Below, one piece after another: positions 24,355 through 38,173 of a stretch of 64,000 nt of DNA. Origin of the DNA: Octopus sinensis (taxonomy: Eukaryota). The notes under the pieces are model-generated. The model saw only the letters and a program-made list of their open reading frames with translations, ran no database searches and had not been told where the DNA came from. A program made the translations under genes and the position numbers. How positions within the stretch are numbered: the stretch's first letter is position 1; each line of letters begins with the position of its first letter. The stretch lies in the NCBI RefSeq assembly GCF_006345805.1, contig NC_043001.1:25544001-25608000 (forward strand). Direction: 5' to 3'.

Positions 24355-25255
24355 CGTAGCAGGCTGGATGTGATGTGCCATATCAATTCGATATGAGGTA
24401 ACCCACTACTGAATGTAGCGTATAGATGTGACGCTTCAAGGTTCTCGCGTCGGAATAACCAGTAAACAACCCCAAGAAGGAAGAAATATTATTTCCATAT
24501 GTTTATTCGTTTGACCGACAGGTAGTTAAAGAGATAGTGACAAGGTTGGTTCGCTGATTAGTAGTTGATAATGTAGAAAAAGGTTGCCTCTCAGTAGAGA
24601 GTGAAAGAGCAAGGAATGCTGATTAGAAAGGATAAAGGCGGCATCGTCTTTCTTGCAGCTGAAAGCCTCTCTTTACATGTCGAGCGAAGGGAAGTGCTGC
24701 TTTTGGTTAAGGCTGGCGCAAAAGAGCGTGTTGCTCCTTGGTTTGACTGACACGAAAGAGCGGGTGTTGCTCCTTGGTCGTAGTTGACACATAAAAAGAA
24801 GAGCTAGGAAATTTTCTCTGTTATGTAGACTAATGTTAAGGCGGCGAGCTGGCAGAAACTTTTAGCACGCCGGGCGAAATGCGTAGCCGTATGTCGTCTG
24901 CCGTTACGTTCTGGGTTCAAATTCCGCCAAGGTCAACTTTGCCTTTCATCCTTTTGGGGTCAATAAATTAAGTACCAGTTAAACACTGGGGTCGATGTAA
25001 TCGACTTAATCCGTTTGTCCTTGTTTGTCCCCTCTGTGTTTAGCCCCTTGTGGGTAGTAAAGAAATATATATAGACTAATGTAGGTCAAACCCTAAAGAA
25101 AGGACTGACCTTTCCTTGACTAGCACAGGTCCTAGGAAATCGAGTGTTTCCTCATCAATCATCTGGTGTGGAGAAGATTTCCTGCTCGCTTTGACAAGAA
25201 ACAAGGAGGTGCATTTGGTTTCAAATCTCAGGCAGGGTCAAGCTAGATGCCTACA
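24355..25255 (-). mobile_element. Solo LTR, same family as 11517-12446
   Basis: Collinear reverse complement of 11517-12446, with ends CGTAG (TG>CG) and CTACA. It sits inside a (CCCTAA)n run and the TSD is not clean (AATA vs AACC). Confidence 0.82.
24837..25071 (+). mobile_element. SINE family A inside solo LTR
   Basis: 11-bp TSD TAGACTAATGT at 24826-24836 and 25072-25082. Confidence 0.9.
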
Positions 25256-25898
25256 AACCCTAACCCTAACAAGTGGGCACTGTAAGAAAACATCATTACA
25301 TCGGGACCTCTGTATTTAAGTAGTGCCAAAAATTTTTTTAGATTCCTATATTTTAGATGTCGGAGATTACAAATATGCCCAAAACAAATTTTTTTAACAA
25401 TTGCAGCGTGGAAGGTGTTTGTAAGCCATTTAAGAAACACACAAAAGCCATTCGATTCACTTCAACATTTAAGTTTAATTTGTCAAAATATTTTCATCGC
25501 TTTAAGACCGCGACCTGTTCACTGACAAATGGAATTGTTTTCATTTCAGCACACAATCTCAGATCAAATCACTTGCTATGCAAGTACATCTCCGAAATTT
25601 TTTTTAAATTGCCATTTAAAATTTTGAACTTTTTCCGAAATTTTAAAAAAAAAACACCTTTTCCAAATTCAAAATGCCCACTTCAATGTCCCCTTCCCAC
25701 AACACACAAAAACAGACATTTCCAATATGCAAGAGACCACATTTTCAAAATTTTAAATTCAATAAGAATGTAGATATGTGTATAAAGTGATAGATAGATA
25801 GATAGAATAAACGATAGGAATAAATAGATAGACAGACAGATAAATGGATGAAAAAGTCCAAAATTTAAAATTGTGGTGGTGGGGAAATTTTAGCCACT

Positions 25899-26087
25899 TA
25901 CTCTTTTACTTGTTTCAGTCATTTGACTGCGGCCATGCTGGAGCACCGCCTTTAGTTGAGCAAATCGACCCCGGGACTTATTCTTTGTAAGCCCAGTACT
26001 TATTCTATCGGTCTCTTTTGCCGAACCGCTAAGTGACGGGGACGTAAACACACCAGCATCGGTTGTCAAGCAATCCTAAGGGGACAA

Positions 26088-26118
<31 letters not shown>

Positions 26119-26290
26119 CATATATGCAACGGGCTTCTTTCAGTTTCCATCTACCAAATCCACTCACAAGGCATTGGTCGGCCCGGGGCTATAGCAGAAG
26201 ACACTTGCCCAAGATGCCACGCAGTGGGACTGAACCCGGAACCATGTGGTTGGTTAGCAAGATACTTACCACACAGCCACTCCTGCGCCA
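25899..26290 (-). mobile_element. SINE family B
   Basis: Reverse complement of the 2399-2802 family. Confidence 0.88.
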
Positions 26291-26631
26291 TATGTTCATC
26301 AATTTGCTACAATCTCTTTTAAGTAAACAAAATCAAAATTTTAAATTGTGGAGAGGAATTAAAAAAAATTTTTTTTTTTGCATATTCGTAACCTCAGACA
26401 TCTAAAGCATAAGAATCTGGAAAAAAATTTTTTTTTAATGCAGTTTTCAAGGAGAGGTCCAATTCTGCATTAGCTCCCTTTTTTCTGTAGGCCCTTGATT
26501 CTTAGAATTATGACTATTTAAAAAATCTTAAGAGTTATTAAACATAGTAATTCGTTCTCCCGCTTTCAATCCTCATGGATCTCGCCTATTTCAAACACTG
26601 GTTAAAATAATGCATCTCACTTTGTCTAAAC

Positions 26632-26862
26632 CAGTGTTTCTCAACTACTTTTTACCTAAGGACTCCTTTGATTCCCATTTTACTCAGATGGACCCTCATA
26701 GCCATTCGATGTTTAAAAAATCCTATTATATTTTTATAATTAAATATTAGGAATTGGATAGGAAATTGTTAAGATACTTTGTGTATCATAGAAATATATA
26801 TAACCAATTTATTGCACATAAATTTTAACAAATTTTATATGGATCCCATTTGAGAACCACTG
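26632..26862. mobile_element. hAT-type MITE (CAGTG...CACTG termini)
   Basis: CAGTGTTTCTCAA / TTGAGAACCACTG. A related copy lies at about 60853-61010. Confidence 0.7.
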
Positions 26863-27696
26863 AACTCTAGTCTAAACATCACTTTCAAATATTTGTTCAA
26901 TTACTTCCTTAGTGCTACTGAGTTGTTTACCACGTTATATTTTACTTATGATTTGCATAAGTGGCATTTAAACTGAATTTGAAATTAAAGTTTAATGTTC
27001 CTATGTTGATGTTGACAAATTATTTTAATGAATTTTAAAGAAAGTTGAAAATTTAACTCCAAAAAGAAACTAAATATTTCAACTGAAAAATGTTCTTTAA
27101 TGCACGATAATTATTATTTAAACAGTATTCTTGTTAAAGAAATTGTAGACGGATTTTTGACATGATTAGCCTAGCAATTTGAATCTATGATGGCATGATT
27201 ACTTGTCAATTCTACTGAAAATATAACTAATATTGCTGTTCTTTTTTAACATCTGAAATCAATTTTTCTGAGCTGGAAATGAATAAACTTGATTATTGCC
27301 ACTCTTTTGGCTGACAGTTCAAATGTTATATTAAAGAAACAACTGGGGAAAATTGTATTTTCTTGGTAGTTGAAATGTAAATACACACAAAATTGCTATA
27401 AGTTACAAAATGAGTAAGTATGCCTTGTACTGATTTATTGTAGAAGACAAACAGATCTGGAATAGACAAGGCATGTCATTGATGAGGTCATGAATGGTGA
27501 TGAAAGGACTTTGACAAACCTAATTGATTGATTGACTGAACAATTAATCAAACTGTTAGTTGAATGGTTAAATAATTAACCACTGGCAAACAAAAATATA
27601 AAGAAGTGAAATAGAACCAGTGCATATGTTTATTATTGGTATAATAACCCTCCCAAGATACTGCAAAGGATTAATTAGTTTGTTTTGTTATTTTAG

Positions 27697-27807
27697 GTTT
27701 AGGCTCCACTGTACCAGAGCTTGATATCAAGGATATTCCAGTTATTGCCAAAACGAGATTTTCAATGATGGTTTCAGAAGTTGAGAATAAATTAAAGGAA
27801 CATCCAG
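27697..27807 (+). CDS. ISOC2: ISOC2-like coding exon 2
   Basis: Acceptor gttattttag|, reads (G)LGSTVPELDIKDIPVIAKTRFSMMVSEVENKLKEHP, donor G|GTAAAT. Phases match exons 1 and 3. LGxTVPEL and KTxFSM motifs present. Confidence 0.92.
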
Positions 27808-29779
27808 GTAAATTTGTTCAACTTATTCCCTTTATTTGTACACTACTCTTAACATAGCCTTTTAACTATTTTTAGTGTAATGAATCACAAAAAGGTGTGC
27901 CTTTTTATAATTAATAAAAGGATTGGAGTTCACTGCAGCAACAAGATATTCCTTTCTTGTCTTCAAGTAGTTTGGGGGTAACATGTAACGCTGTAATATG
28001 CACCATTTTGTGTCCTTTGTATTTTGTTGTTGGGAGATTAAACCTTAGCAGGATTAGCATAATCCTCATCCGCTTCGACTGGCCTCCATGCCGGTGGCAT
28101 GTAAAAAGCACCAACCAATCGTGGCCATTGCCAGCCTCGCCTGGCATGTAAAAAGCACCCACTACACTCATGGAGTGGTTGGCATTAGGAAGGGCATCCA
28201 GCTGTAGAAACACTGCCAGATCAGACAGGAGCTTGGTGCAGCCTCCTTGCTTCCCAGACCCCAGTCGAACCATCCAACCCATACTAGCATGGAAAGTGGA
28301 CGTAAAACGATGATGATGATCATCATAGGCCTAATGTAGGCTAGTATTTTGTCCTTGTGTTGGCCAAATGTGATGCCTGTCAGTGCTCTAAGATGTTTGT
28401 GCTTTGTTTTGTTATGTTTTTTATATGTGCTGCTGAGGTGTACATAATTTTTACCATATTTTTTATGTGTTTATGTTAAGTCTTTTGATGTTCTTTGGTG
28501 TTACAAATAAAAGAGACGTAGATTTAACAGGTTCTAATTTTAGTCTGCTTATTTGAGAAGCAGCTGTGTCTGAGAAATGGTGAGAGCAGGTGATTATTGT
28601 CTTGGCATTTGAAGATGTGTATATGTTTTGTAGGAAAGTCATATAGTTGTAAATATATTGCCTTCCATACATCAAATGACTATATAAAAGGTCGCTTTCG
28701 GGAAAGCACATCATGCTACCAGGTTTAATACCCTTTCTAGTCCATGGATGCCTTTAGCAGTATTTACTTTCTTGCAAGTATCTAGACTAAACTCCCAATA
28801 AGAAGTTATTAGTATGATCTCATAGTGCTCTGTCATTCATTACACTTTCCTAGACATCTCAGCTAAAAAAAAATAACCCTAAGCTTTCTGGACAACTCTT
28901 CTTCTCTAGTGTTCGTGGACTACAAACCAGCCAGCTGCCTATGCGTACACACCCATGACCTTTTGCAAGTACATAAATAAAACATCCTCTTTGTGTCTCC
29001 ATTCCACACTCCTCTCATCCCTCGTCTTTTGCACATCCATTGTCCAGACCACACTTTATACTCAAACTTCATTCTGAAAGGTAGTGTCTATGTGTATGAA
29101 GATTCCTCTCTCTATCTCTTATCTGGATATTATTAACAAGGACTTCTAGTCACTTAGGCCAAAATTCTTCCCCTTCTGATCTTCTAAACACATCTACTAC
29201 CACTCTCCAAACTCTTCCATCTGCCTTCTGAAGTTTAATCATTCTCTCTGACTTCAATGCTTCCATGTTTTATATTCATATTATACTTGTGCTACTCATG
29301 GAGAAACGAAATATCTAGAAATCCTCAACTCTTTACAACTAGTTTCATCCCACTAAAAGAATCCTTGACTAACATACAGACAATCCAAATCCTCTTGATC
29401 TCTTTCTTATCTCCAAGCCCACCCTCTACCAATCCATTAGTCTTTCTGCACCTATTTTTGTTTCAGTTAACCACTACCTCATCTCACCTACCCTCTACAT
29501 ATTCACCATGCAGTGCCTCTCACCTCCCAGGCCTAAATGACACTTCAAGTCTACTGAGCAGTTGGAGCTCTCTGTTCTATGCTAATTGTACTTTGCAGTA
29601 CATGTGCTTCACCTGTCATCCACCAGAGATAGCTAGGTGAATGACTGAAACCATACTTTGGCATGTCCCTCCACATCTCACAGGCAATCAAAACCAAGCA
29701 CCTCAACCCCATCAAGTATTTTACCCATAGCTCTGCTGCAGCAGTTCAGGTGCAAAGAAAATAGCCTACATCATCATCA

Positions 29780-30620
29780 TCATCATTTAATGTCCATTGT
29801 CCATGCTGGCATGAGTTGGACGGTTTCACTGGGCTGGTATGCTGGAAGGCTGCAGCAGACTCCAGGCTTATTTGGCATGATCTTTTATGGCTGGATGCCC
29901 TTCCTAATGTCAACCACTCCAAGAGTGTAATGGTCATTGCCTCTGTGAGGCCCAACACTCAAAAGGAACTCAGCCACTTAGCCTCCGTGAGGCCCAGTGC
30001 TCGACAGGAACTCAGTCAGTTTGCCTCCGTGAGGTCCAATGTTCAAAAGATGTTCTTTATGTGCCACCAGCATGGGTGCACTTGGCTTGATGGGTCCTCT
30101 CAAGCACAACACATCTCCAAAGGTCTCAGGCACCAGTCATTACCTCTGTGAGACTCAAAGTTCAAAGATCATGCTTCACCACCTCGTCCCATGTCTTCCT
30201 GGGTCAAACTCTACCACAGGTTCCTTCCACAGTTCGAGATCAGCACTTCTTTACAAAGCTGTCTTCATCTGTATGCATCACATGACCATACCAGCACAAT
30301 TGTTTTTCTTGTACATCAAATCTGATTCCTTTTATACCTAACTTTTCTCTCAAGATTCTTACACTCTGTTGAACATGCACACTGACTTCAATTATTTGAA
30401 GCCTATGCATGTCTTTGCCCAAGGTGCCATGCAGTGGAGTTGAACCCAAAACCATGTGGTTGAGAAGTAAACTACTTAACCACACAGCCACACCTTTGCT
30501 TATAGAATCTATTTCAATTTTGAAAATGTGCAACAGCTGGTACCATCCAAATTCTGCAATATTTTTACAGTTACTGTCTTTATGTATGAGGACCTTATTA
30601 AATCCTATATAAAGAACCAC
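29780..30620 (-). mobile_element. RTE-like LINE family 2, 3' fragment interrupted by a SINE B head (~30403-30495)
   Basis: QEKQLCWYGHVMHTDEDSFVKKC, with the (CAT)n tail complement at about 29770-29787. Confidence 0.78.
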
Positions 30621-32531
30621 AGGTATTTTACCACCTGAATATCTTATTTACCGAGAGTGTGGGCCTGGAGGAATATAATTGTGTGGAAACTATCAAATTA
30701 TGCTACAACACATTTCTATTGTATCTATTGTTACTTAGTATTCAATTTCATTTTGATTCAGGTCACTTTTCTGTAATAGTTTCTTATGAATATTAAATTA
30801 ACTAACATTAATTTTTATCATGTTTTCTCTTCTTTCATACTTACGTTAAACATGACTAATCATCATCATCATCGTTTGACGTCCGCTTTCCATGCTAGCA
30901 TGGGTTGGACGATTTTGACTGAGGGCTGGCGAACCAGATGGCTGCACCAGGCTCCAATCTTGATTTGACAAAGTTTCTACAGCTGGATGCCCTTCCTAAC
31001 GCCAACCACTCCGAGAGTGTAGTGGGTGCTTTTTACGTGCCACCGGCATGGGGGCCAGTCAGGTGGTACTGGCGATGACCTCGCTCGAATCTTTTTACAC
31101 ATGCCACCAGCACAGGTGCCAGTAAGGCGACATTGGTAACAATAAAAAAAAAACAACTAATTCCTAGAAATTGAAAACAGGATAAAATAATAATGATTAT
31201 AATAAATCTTCTACAAACTCAACTGAAGCAGCCTGACTTACCTGTGAACATTAATAAATCCTAGAAAGACTTGTCTTTGATATAACCAACTTACTCATTT
31301 CTCATTCCAACAAGTAATGTAGATTCAAATAACTATATTTAGCTAATACATTACTCAGGCAAAGAGTATATGATAGTATCCCACCAAAAAGTAACATATA
31401 TATTACAAAAAATATCATGCATATTCTAATATTAGTAGAGCATTTGATTCCATTCCTAACTAATCACTTATAAACAAAATACTTAACATATACTTTAAAA
31501 AACAACAAAATTGTGGTTAGAGAATAGTATCTTACTACACTAAGTAGAGTGAAGAGGGATTCAGCAATGTTGGTTGATATCTTTCTGGTAAAGGACCAAA
31601 AGGATTGACTGTTGTTTGGAAGGTGAAAGAGCTTGTTTGTTCTTTTAGGTGCATGGTTGGGATTTCATTAGGTTCTAGGGCTTTTGGATTTCCCTGGATG
31701 TATTTCTAGTATCTTATGGAAGCAATGTGTTATGATCTAGCTGAAAGGTGTTCTCAACCACATGGTTTTGGGTTCAGTTCCACTGCATGGCACCTTGGGC
31801 AAGTGACTTCTGCTGCAGCCCTGGGCCAACCAAAGCCTTGTGATTGCATTTGGTGGGTGGAGATACTGAAAGAAGCCTGTTGTGTATGTATCGTTCTGTA
31901 AAGTGGTTGGTTTTAAGAAGGGTATCCAGCTGTAAAAACCATACCAAAGCAGACAGTGGTCGGTGCAGTCCTCTGGCTTACCACTTCCTGTCAAACCATT
32001 CGACACATGCCAGCATGGAAGATGAGTGTTAAATGATGATTGTGTGTGCGTGTGCATGCCTCCCCTGTTCCTGTGAGTGTGTATGTATGTTTGTCTCTTT
32101 GTTTTGATATCATGATTGTTGTAAATAAATGTCATTCATTTCCAATACTCTGCAAAAAACATCTGGATACAGAGAAATATTACCTGCTTAGAAACATGTT
32201 AGGGTTGACAACAGACAGGACATAGAAAATCGGCCTCACTAAACTCATGCAGGCATGGAAAGAGGATATTATAACAATGATGATGATTCTTATAAAGAAA
32301 AATATCGAGGAGTTTGGTGTGGGTAGGAACTAACTTTGGCACACATTATTTGAGCTTAATAGAAGAGGCCCTGCCAGGGTCAGTCACCTTGTTAGGTTGG
32401 AGCAACTAAGAAAGATTTTCTTGTTAACTGTATGAACATGACAGGGAGACTGTTGAAAAGGAGATACTTTTAAGGATAATTTCATAGGTGACTCATTGGT
32501 AATTCCTGAAATGATGCTTAAGAGAACTATG

Positions 32532-32842
32532 CGTGGCACCTTGGGCAAGTATCTTCTACTATAGCCTCAAGCCAACCAAAGCCTTGTGAGTGGATTTGGT
32601 AGACAGAAACTGAAAAGAAATCCGTCATATATATGTGTGTTTGTGTCTGTGTTTGTCCTCCCAACATCACTTGACAACCGATGCTGGTGTGTTTATGTCC
32701 CTGTAACTTAGTGGTTCAGCAAAAGATACCGATAGAATAAGTACTAGGCTTACAAAGAATAAGTCCTGGGGTCAATTTGCTTGATTAAAGGTGGTGCTGC
32801 AGCATGGCTGCAGTCAAATGACTAAAACAAGTAAAAGAGTAA
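32532..32842 (+). mobile_element. SINE family B, head-truncated
   Basis: Starts at GCGTGGCACCTTGGGCAAGT and has the family tail. Partial copies also lie at about 31735-31890 and 40985-41110. Confidence 0.82.
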
Positions 32843-33902
32843 GATTAATACCACACTGCTTATGTGTAGATGGCTATAGTGGGCTACTTGTTTACTCTAC
32901 CTCTACCCTCCTCTCATAAAAATTAACAAATGTTTTTAGATTCCTCTAAATGATTTCAAATTTTTGGCACAAGGCCAGCAATTTTAGTTGCTTACATTGA
33001 CTTACTTTATCAACCCTGAATGAATGAAAGGCAAAATCGACCCTGGCAGGATTTGAACTCAGTGCAAAAGAGCCAAAAAAAATATCACTAAGCATTTTGT
33101 CCGACATGCTAATTATTCCGCCAATTTGCCACTCTTGTTCTCTAACATATAACAGTATGGAAAAGAACTCGCTATTGTAAATATCCCAGAAGTACATGGG
33201 TTGAAGTGGTGAAAACTGACCTCAAGATGTTGAATTTTGTGAAGATGACAGGGTACTGAGATGGATGGCTGAATGCTGTGCTTGAGAAAACCCTTTCATC
33301 TCAGGGAAAGCCTTGTCAAGCCTTCCTCCACAACTCATTGTCTAACCCCCATTCTTCCATCAATCTTCTGTTGTACTCTATTTCTTCCCTTGACTTCACC
33401 TCCACTGAACTGTGATTCTCTGAATCCAACACATTCTCTGTCTCTAATCATCTATCACACTATTCTCACTCTTGTGTACTTATCTACCCAACCATCTTTT
33501 CGGTTCTTCTATCTGCTTTCTCTTCATTTCTTTTCTCTGACTGGGGACTTGCAAGTTGCAGAGCTGTATTGGGCTCTAGTGTCATCTTTGGCATGGTTTC
33601 TATGGGTGGATGCCCTTCCTAATGCCATATATGTACACAGGCGCTGGTGTAACTATCTAGGCATGATGCAGTAATTGTAAATGAGTGCCACCATCATACA
33701 AGCAGTGTCGATCATTTCCAATATTCTGCAAAAACATTTCTGGTTTTGGAGAAATATTACCTCGTTTGGAAACAAGGGTTGGCATTAGAAAGGGTATCCA
33801 GCTCTAGAAAGCTGCCTCAATAAACTCCATCCAGCTCATGCAAGCATGGAAAAGTGAACATTAAAATGACTTTAAAAAAAATTTTTTTTTTTATATCCCT
33901 AG

Positions 33903-34035
33903 ATGTAAATTCTGTTGTTTTATGTGGTATTGAGGCACATGCCTGCATTCAACAAACAGTACTTGATCTGTTGGAGAAAGACTACCAAGTCCATGTCGTT
34001 GTGGATGCATGTTCCTCTCGTTCAATGGTTGATAG
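33903..34035 (+). CDS. ISOC2: ISOC2-like coding exon 3
   Basis: Acceptor tttttatatccctag|, reads (D)[43 protein letters not shown], donor AG|GTATGT. GIEAHAC and [12 protein letters not shown] motifs present. Confidence 0.93.
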
Positions 34036-34134
34036 GTATGTACTCATTTTATCAATTCTGTTGTAGAAACTTAAAATGTGTGTTGTGTCTTTTGTGAGGC
34101 TTTGAAACTGACTACTTCGTTAAGGTACCTATAT

Positions 34135-34346
34135 TGGTTTCAAATTTTGGCACAAGGCCAGCAAGTTTGGGGGAGGGATTAAGTCAATTACAATGATCCC
34201 AGTGTTCCACTGGTACTTATTTTGCAGGCTCTGAAAGGGATGAAAGGTAAAGTCAGTCTTGGCAGAATTTTAACTCAGAACATAAAGACAAACAAGATGC
34301 TAAGCATTTTGCCTGGTGTGCTAATAATTCTGCCAGCTTGCTGCCC
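34135..34346 (-). mobile_element. SINE family A variant with a different 3' tail
   Basis: Family A head and body end in CTGGCCTTGTGCCAAAATTTGAAA. A second copy lies at about 32950-33130(-). Confidence 0.7.
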
Positions 34347-35429
34347 AATTAAGTTACCAATATTGCAGAAACTTTCTATGAACCTCTAGTATATTTTCAC
34401 CCAACAGTTTCACACACATTAATTACATGATCATATTAATATAGTTGTCCCTATTGCATATATTGGACAATGGTATGCAGTCTCTTTCTCAACCATTTGG
34501 CAATCAGTATTTCTCATGAATTAATGTTATGTATTCAGTAAACCTTTTTTGTAATAGAGCTCCAGCATTTTGCACCATACAATATATACAAATTGTTTCA
34601 CAATTGTGTAGCAGACCTTGCGTATACTACTGTATCGTTTACATTATAAGAATTGAAATTTATTTTATTTAGAAAGTTTGAGAGATAAACAAATCATGTT
34701 TATGGTGAAACTTGAAGTAGATAAAACCTTAAATATTACCTTTAACTTCTTTGAGTTTCACCTTTAAAAAGTTATACCATATCATTATATATTTTGTAAT
34801 AATTGTTTACAATCTTATTTAACTGGTCTATTATTTATTTCACAATTTCAAATACATCATATTTCAGAATATTGAAATTAGTGATGTTAACCACTAATTG
34901 GAGATAACTCAATTTACCAAGTAATTCACATTATCCATAATCACTATCTTTCTGGGAATCCACAGCATTTTAATTTTGCTGGCAAATGAGCATATGATAT
35001 ATATTGGTATATTATTTTCTTACTTTCAGATATGTTTGGGAGCTACATGCTATATCTAGTCAACAGTAAGAAAGTGTCATACTGATATGTAAAGATTTTT
35101 AGCTGTAAAAATTTATTTGGAATCATGTTAAATACGCAATTTTTAACACTTATAGGAATTGTCTAAAGTTCTATTTTGATATCTCTTCTTTTCATTCTAA
35201 AAGAATCAATTTAATATGTTCAGAATAAATGTAAAACAAAATTAGTATCTGTTTCACATGATTCCATCACAAAGCTTGCTGGTACAGTAGTAAGGTCTTC
35301 TACAGTTTAAAAGGTTAAAGAACTTTTGTAAAACATTTTAAATCTAAGAAAGGGCATTGTTATGGCATCTTAACATTGTCGGGAATGTAGGGTTCAGATA
35401 AATATCTGTTAGGGGTGGTTTCAGAAATT

Positions 35430-36864
35430 TTATTTTTCTGAAACTTTCTCACCAATATTCAGCATCATAGCTCCTCTATGCTGATGACCTTGATCTAATA
35501 GCTGAATCACTACCAGAACTAGAGAAGAAATTTCAGTGTGGAAGCAAGGTTTAGAATCGAAGGGCCTTAGAGTCAGTGTTGCAAAATCCAAAGTCATAGT
35601 AAGTAGGAAGGCGAACAAACCACAAACTCCTTCAGGTAGATGGCCCTGCTCGATCTGTAGAAAAGGTGTAGGTAGAAACTCCATAAGATGTACCTAGTGT
35701 AAGCTATGGACGCATAAGAGGTACAGCAACATCAAAGGAAGGTTAACCAGGTTGAGATTTTGTGTGCGACAGATGCACAAGGGCAATAAACACCAAATAT
35801 GTTAAAAAAAACAGATTCCATCACATGCCAGGGGAAGAAACTAGAAGTAGTTGATAGCTTCCGTTACCTAGGTGACCAAGTATGTAGTGGGGTGGATGGT
35901 CTGAGAGTGTTGCCACTAGAGTAAGAATAGCCTGGGCAAAGTTCAGAAAGCTCCTACCTCTACAGGTGACAAAGGGTCTCTTAATCAGAGTGAAAAGTAG
36001 ACTGCATGATGCATGTGTGTGAACAGCCATGGTACACAGCAGTTAAACAGGGGCCATGACTGTTGAGGGCATACGTAGGCTTGAAAGAAATGAAGTTAGC
36101 ATGATCTGCTGGATGTGTAATGTCAGTGTGCACACACAACAGAGTGTAAGCACCCTGAGAGAAATGTTGGACATAAGAAGCATCAGATGTGCGCAAGAGA
36201 GACAACTGCGCTGGTATGGTCATGTGCTGCATATGGATGAGGAGAGCTGTGTGAAGAAGTATCACTCCCTAACAGTGGAAGGAATGCGTAGAAGAGGGAG
36301 ACTCAGGAAGACATAGGATGAGGTGGTGAAGCATGACCTTCAAACGTTGGGCCTCACAAAGTCAATGACCAGAGACCAAGACCTCTGGAGATATGCTGTG
36401 ATTGAAAAGACCCGACAAGTAAAGTGAGATTACAGCCACAGCTTATACCAGGGTCACGTAACCAGCCCATTTAAAAAGTACCTTTGAATCGTTGGGTGAC
36501 ATGCCGTACTTGAGGAGACCTACTGAGTCAAGTAAAATCAAAATTTCAATCAAATTGAATGCTGGTGGCGCATAAGAAGCACCATCTGAATGTGGTTGTT
36601 GCCAGCCCCGACTGGCTCCTGTGACAGTGGCACATAAAAAGCACCATCCGAACAAAGCCAGTGCTGCCTGACTGGTTCTTGTGCTGGTGGCATGTAAAAA
36701 ACACCCACTACACTCTCAGAGTGGTTGGCATTAGGAAGGGCATCCAGCTGTAGAAACCTTGCCAGATTGGATTGAAGCCTAGTGCAGCCTCCAAGCTTGC
36801 CAGTCCCCAGTCAAACCAACCAACCCATACCAGCATGGAAAACAGACATTAAATGATGATGATG
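35430..36864 (+). mobile_element. RTE-like LINE family 2, 3' portion
   Basis: LLYADDL region, IRRLERNEVSMICWMCNVS, QLRWYGHVLHMDEESCVKK, then 3'UTR and (GAT)n. Confidence 0.85.
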
Positions 36865-37124
36865 GTTACAAAGCTGCAGCATATCAGTTGTGTAGTTTTA
36901 GCATTTTATCTTCTTTTTCCCCGTGTTGTTTCATTGCCATTTTACTGGGAATCAGAGACAATGTTCTAGCTATTTCAGCTATAGCAGGAACATGGCATGA
37001 CAGGGTCAAACAATTTCCTTTTGTTTTTTGCATCTCATTAATTTGTATTAATTTGTGAAATAGATTCCGATTTTTATTTTGATGCAGGTTATTGCTTCAA
37101 CAAATGTCTTGTTTATCGTTTTAG

Positions 37125-37299
37125 GATGTATGCATTTAATCGCATTAAGGAAGCAGGTGCTTTTTTGACTACAAGTGAAAGTGCATTGCTGTCTCTTTGT
37201 CAAGATGCAAAACACCCCAAATTTAAAGAAATTCAGCGTTTAATCACACATCCTGCACCAGACAGTGGATTACTGCCAATGCAGCCAGCTCATTTGTGA
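37125..37299 (+). CDS. ISOC2: ISOC2-like coding exon 4 (terminal)
   Basis: Acceptor gtttatcgttttag|, reads (R)[57 protein letters not shown]. Spliced CDS is 184+111+133+175=603 nt (200 aa plus stop). The length and lack of an N-terminal extension fit ISOC2 better than ISOC1. Confidence 0.93.
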
Positions 37300-37520
37300 A
37301 ACCAATTGAATTCTGGGATTGAACAACAGAGTATAAAATTGAAGCGACTACATTTTAATTTTTTTGATACCTCCTCCCTAATTCTGAAATGTATTTTTAT
37401 TGATAGATATTCATGGAATGTTAGATACTTATGCCTTCTTTCACTATGAGATAAATCTGACAGTTCTATGTTTGGAAATTTACTTAATTGTTTTATTGAC
37501 CTGTTAAAATCTGAAACCTT

Positions 37521-37526
37521 AATAAA
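37521..37526 (+). terminator. Candidate polyadenylation signal of ISOC2-like gene
   Basis: AATAAA about 220 nt after the TGA stop. Confidence 0.55.
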
Positions 37527-37943
37527 AAATTTATTATACTGACCTTGCCTTACCTGATTCTATGATAAACTTCTTGAAGTGAAGATTATTCTGATGCAGC
37601 AGGTTCTGTTCAAATGTTGTTGGTTGCAACTTTCAGATTGAACATTTTTCTTTACTAGTAACTAAATACTATGAAAAAGAGAAGAGCCATGCAAATATTT
37701 ACATGTTCCCTGTGATTGTTGATGGAGGTATATTTTTTGCAGGTGAAAAGCTATGCCAATGAGAAGAGGGATGGAGTTCATAGCCATTACAGGCTTTTCT
37801 TGAGTAGAGAGACTGATGCAGTTGAACTTGAGCTCAAGGGAGAGAATTCTGGAAGAAACAAATTATGGAAAAATTTTAAGAACTGAGCCTGAGACTAAGG
37901 GGAATATTGGCAGGCATCTCTTTTGCAAGATTGCACACACTTG

Positions 37944-38173
37944 CGAGCGAGCTGGCAGAAACGTTAGAACACCAGGCAAAATGCTTTGTGGTATTTTGTT
38001 TGCTGTTATGTTCTGAGTTCAAATTCCGCCAAGGTCGACTTTGCCTTTTATCCTTTCGGGATCGATAAATTAAGTACCAGTTGCATGCTGGGGGTCGATG
38101 TAATCAACTTAATCTCTTTGTCTGTCCTTGTTTGTCCCTTCTATGTTTAGCCCCTTGTGGGCAATAAAGAAAT
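37944..38173 (+). mobile_element. SINE family A
   Basis: 17-bp TSD AAGATTGCACACACTTG at 37927-37943 and 38174-38190. Confidence 0.9.

Larger units (their letters stand above)
24244..26478. mobile_element. TIR DNA element hosting a solo LTR and two SINEs
   Basis: GGGGCTAATGCAGAATCGCCCCTCTCCTGGAAAA pairs with the reverse complement of TTTTCAAGGAGAGGTCCAATTCTGCATTAGCTCCC. An inner IR links 24296-24326 and 25301-25332. Confidence 0.65.

Noticed and set aside
28560-29750. Possible host exons in ISOC2 intron 2 (also 39770-40560 and 1380-1900)
   Set aside because: They look like very old LINE debris, with no open frame bounded by splice sites.
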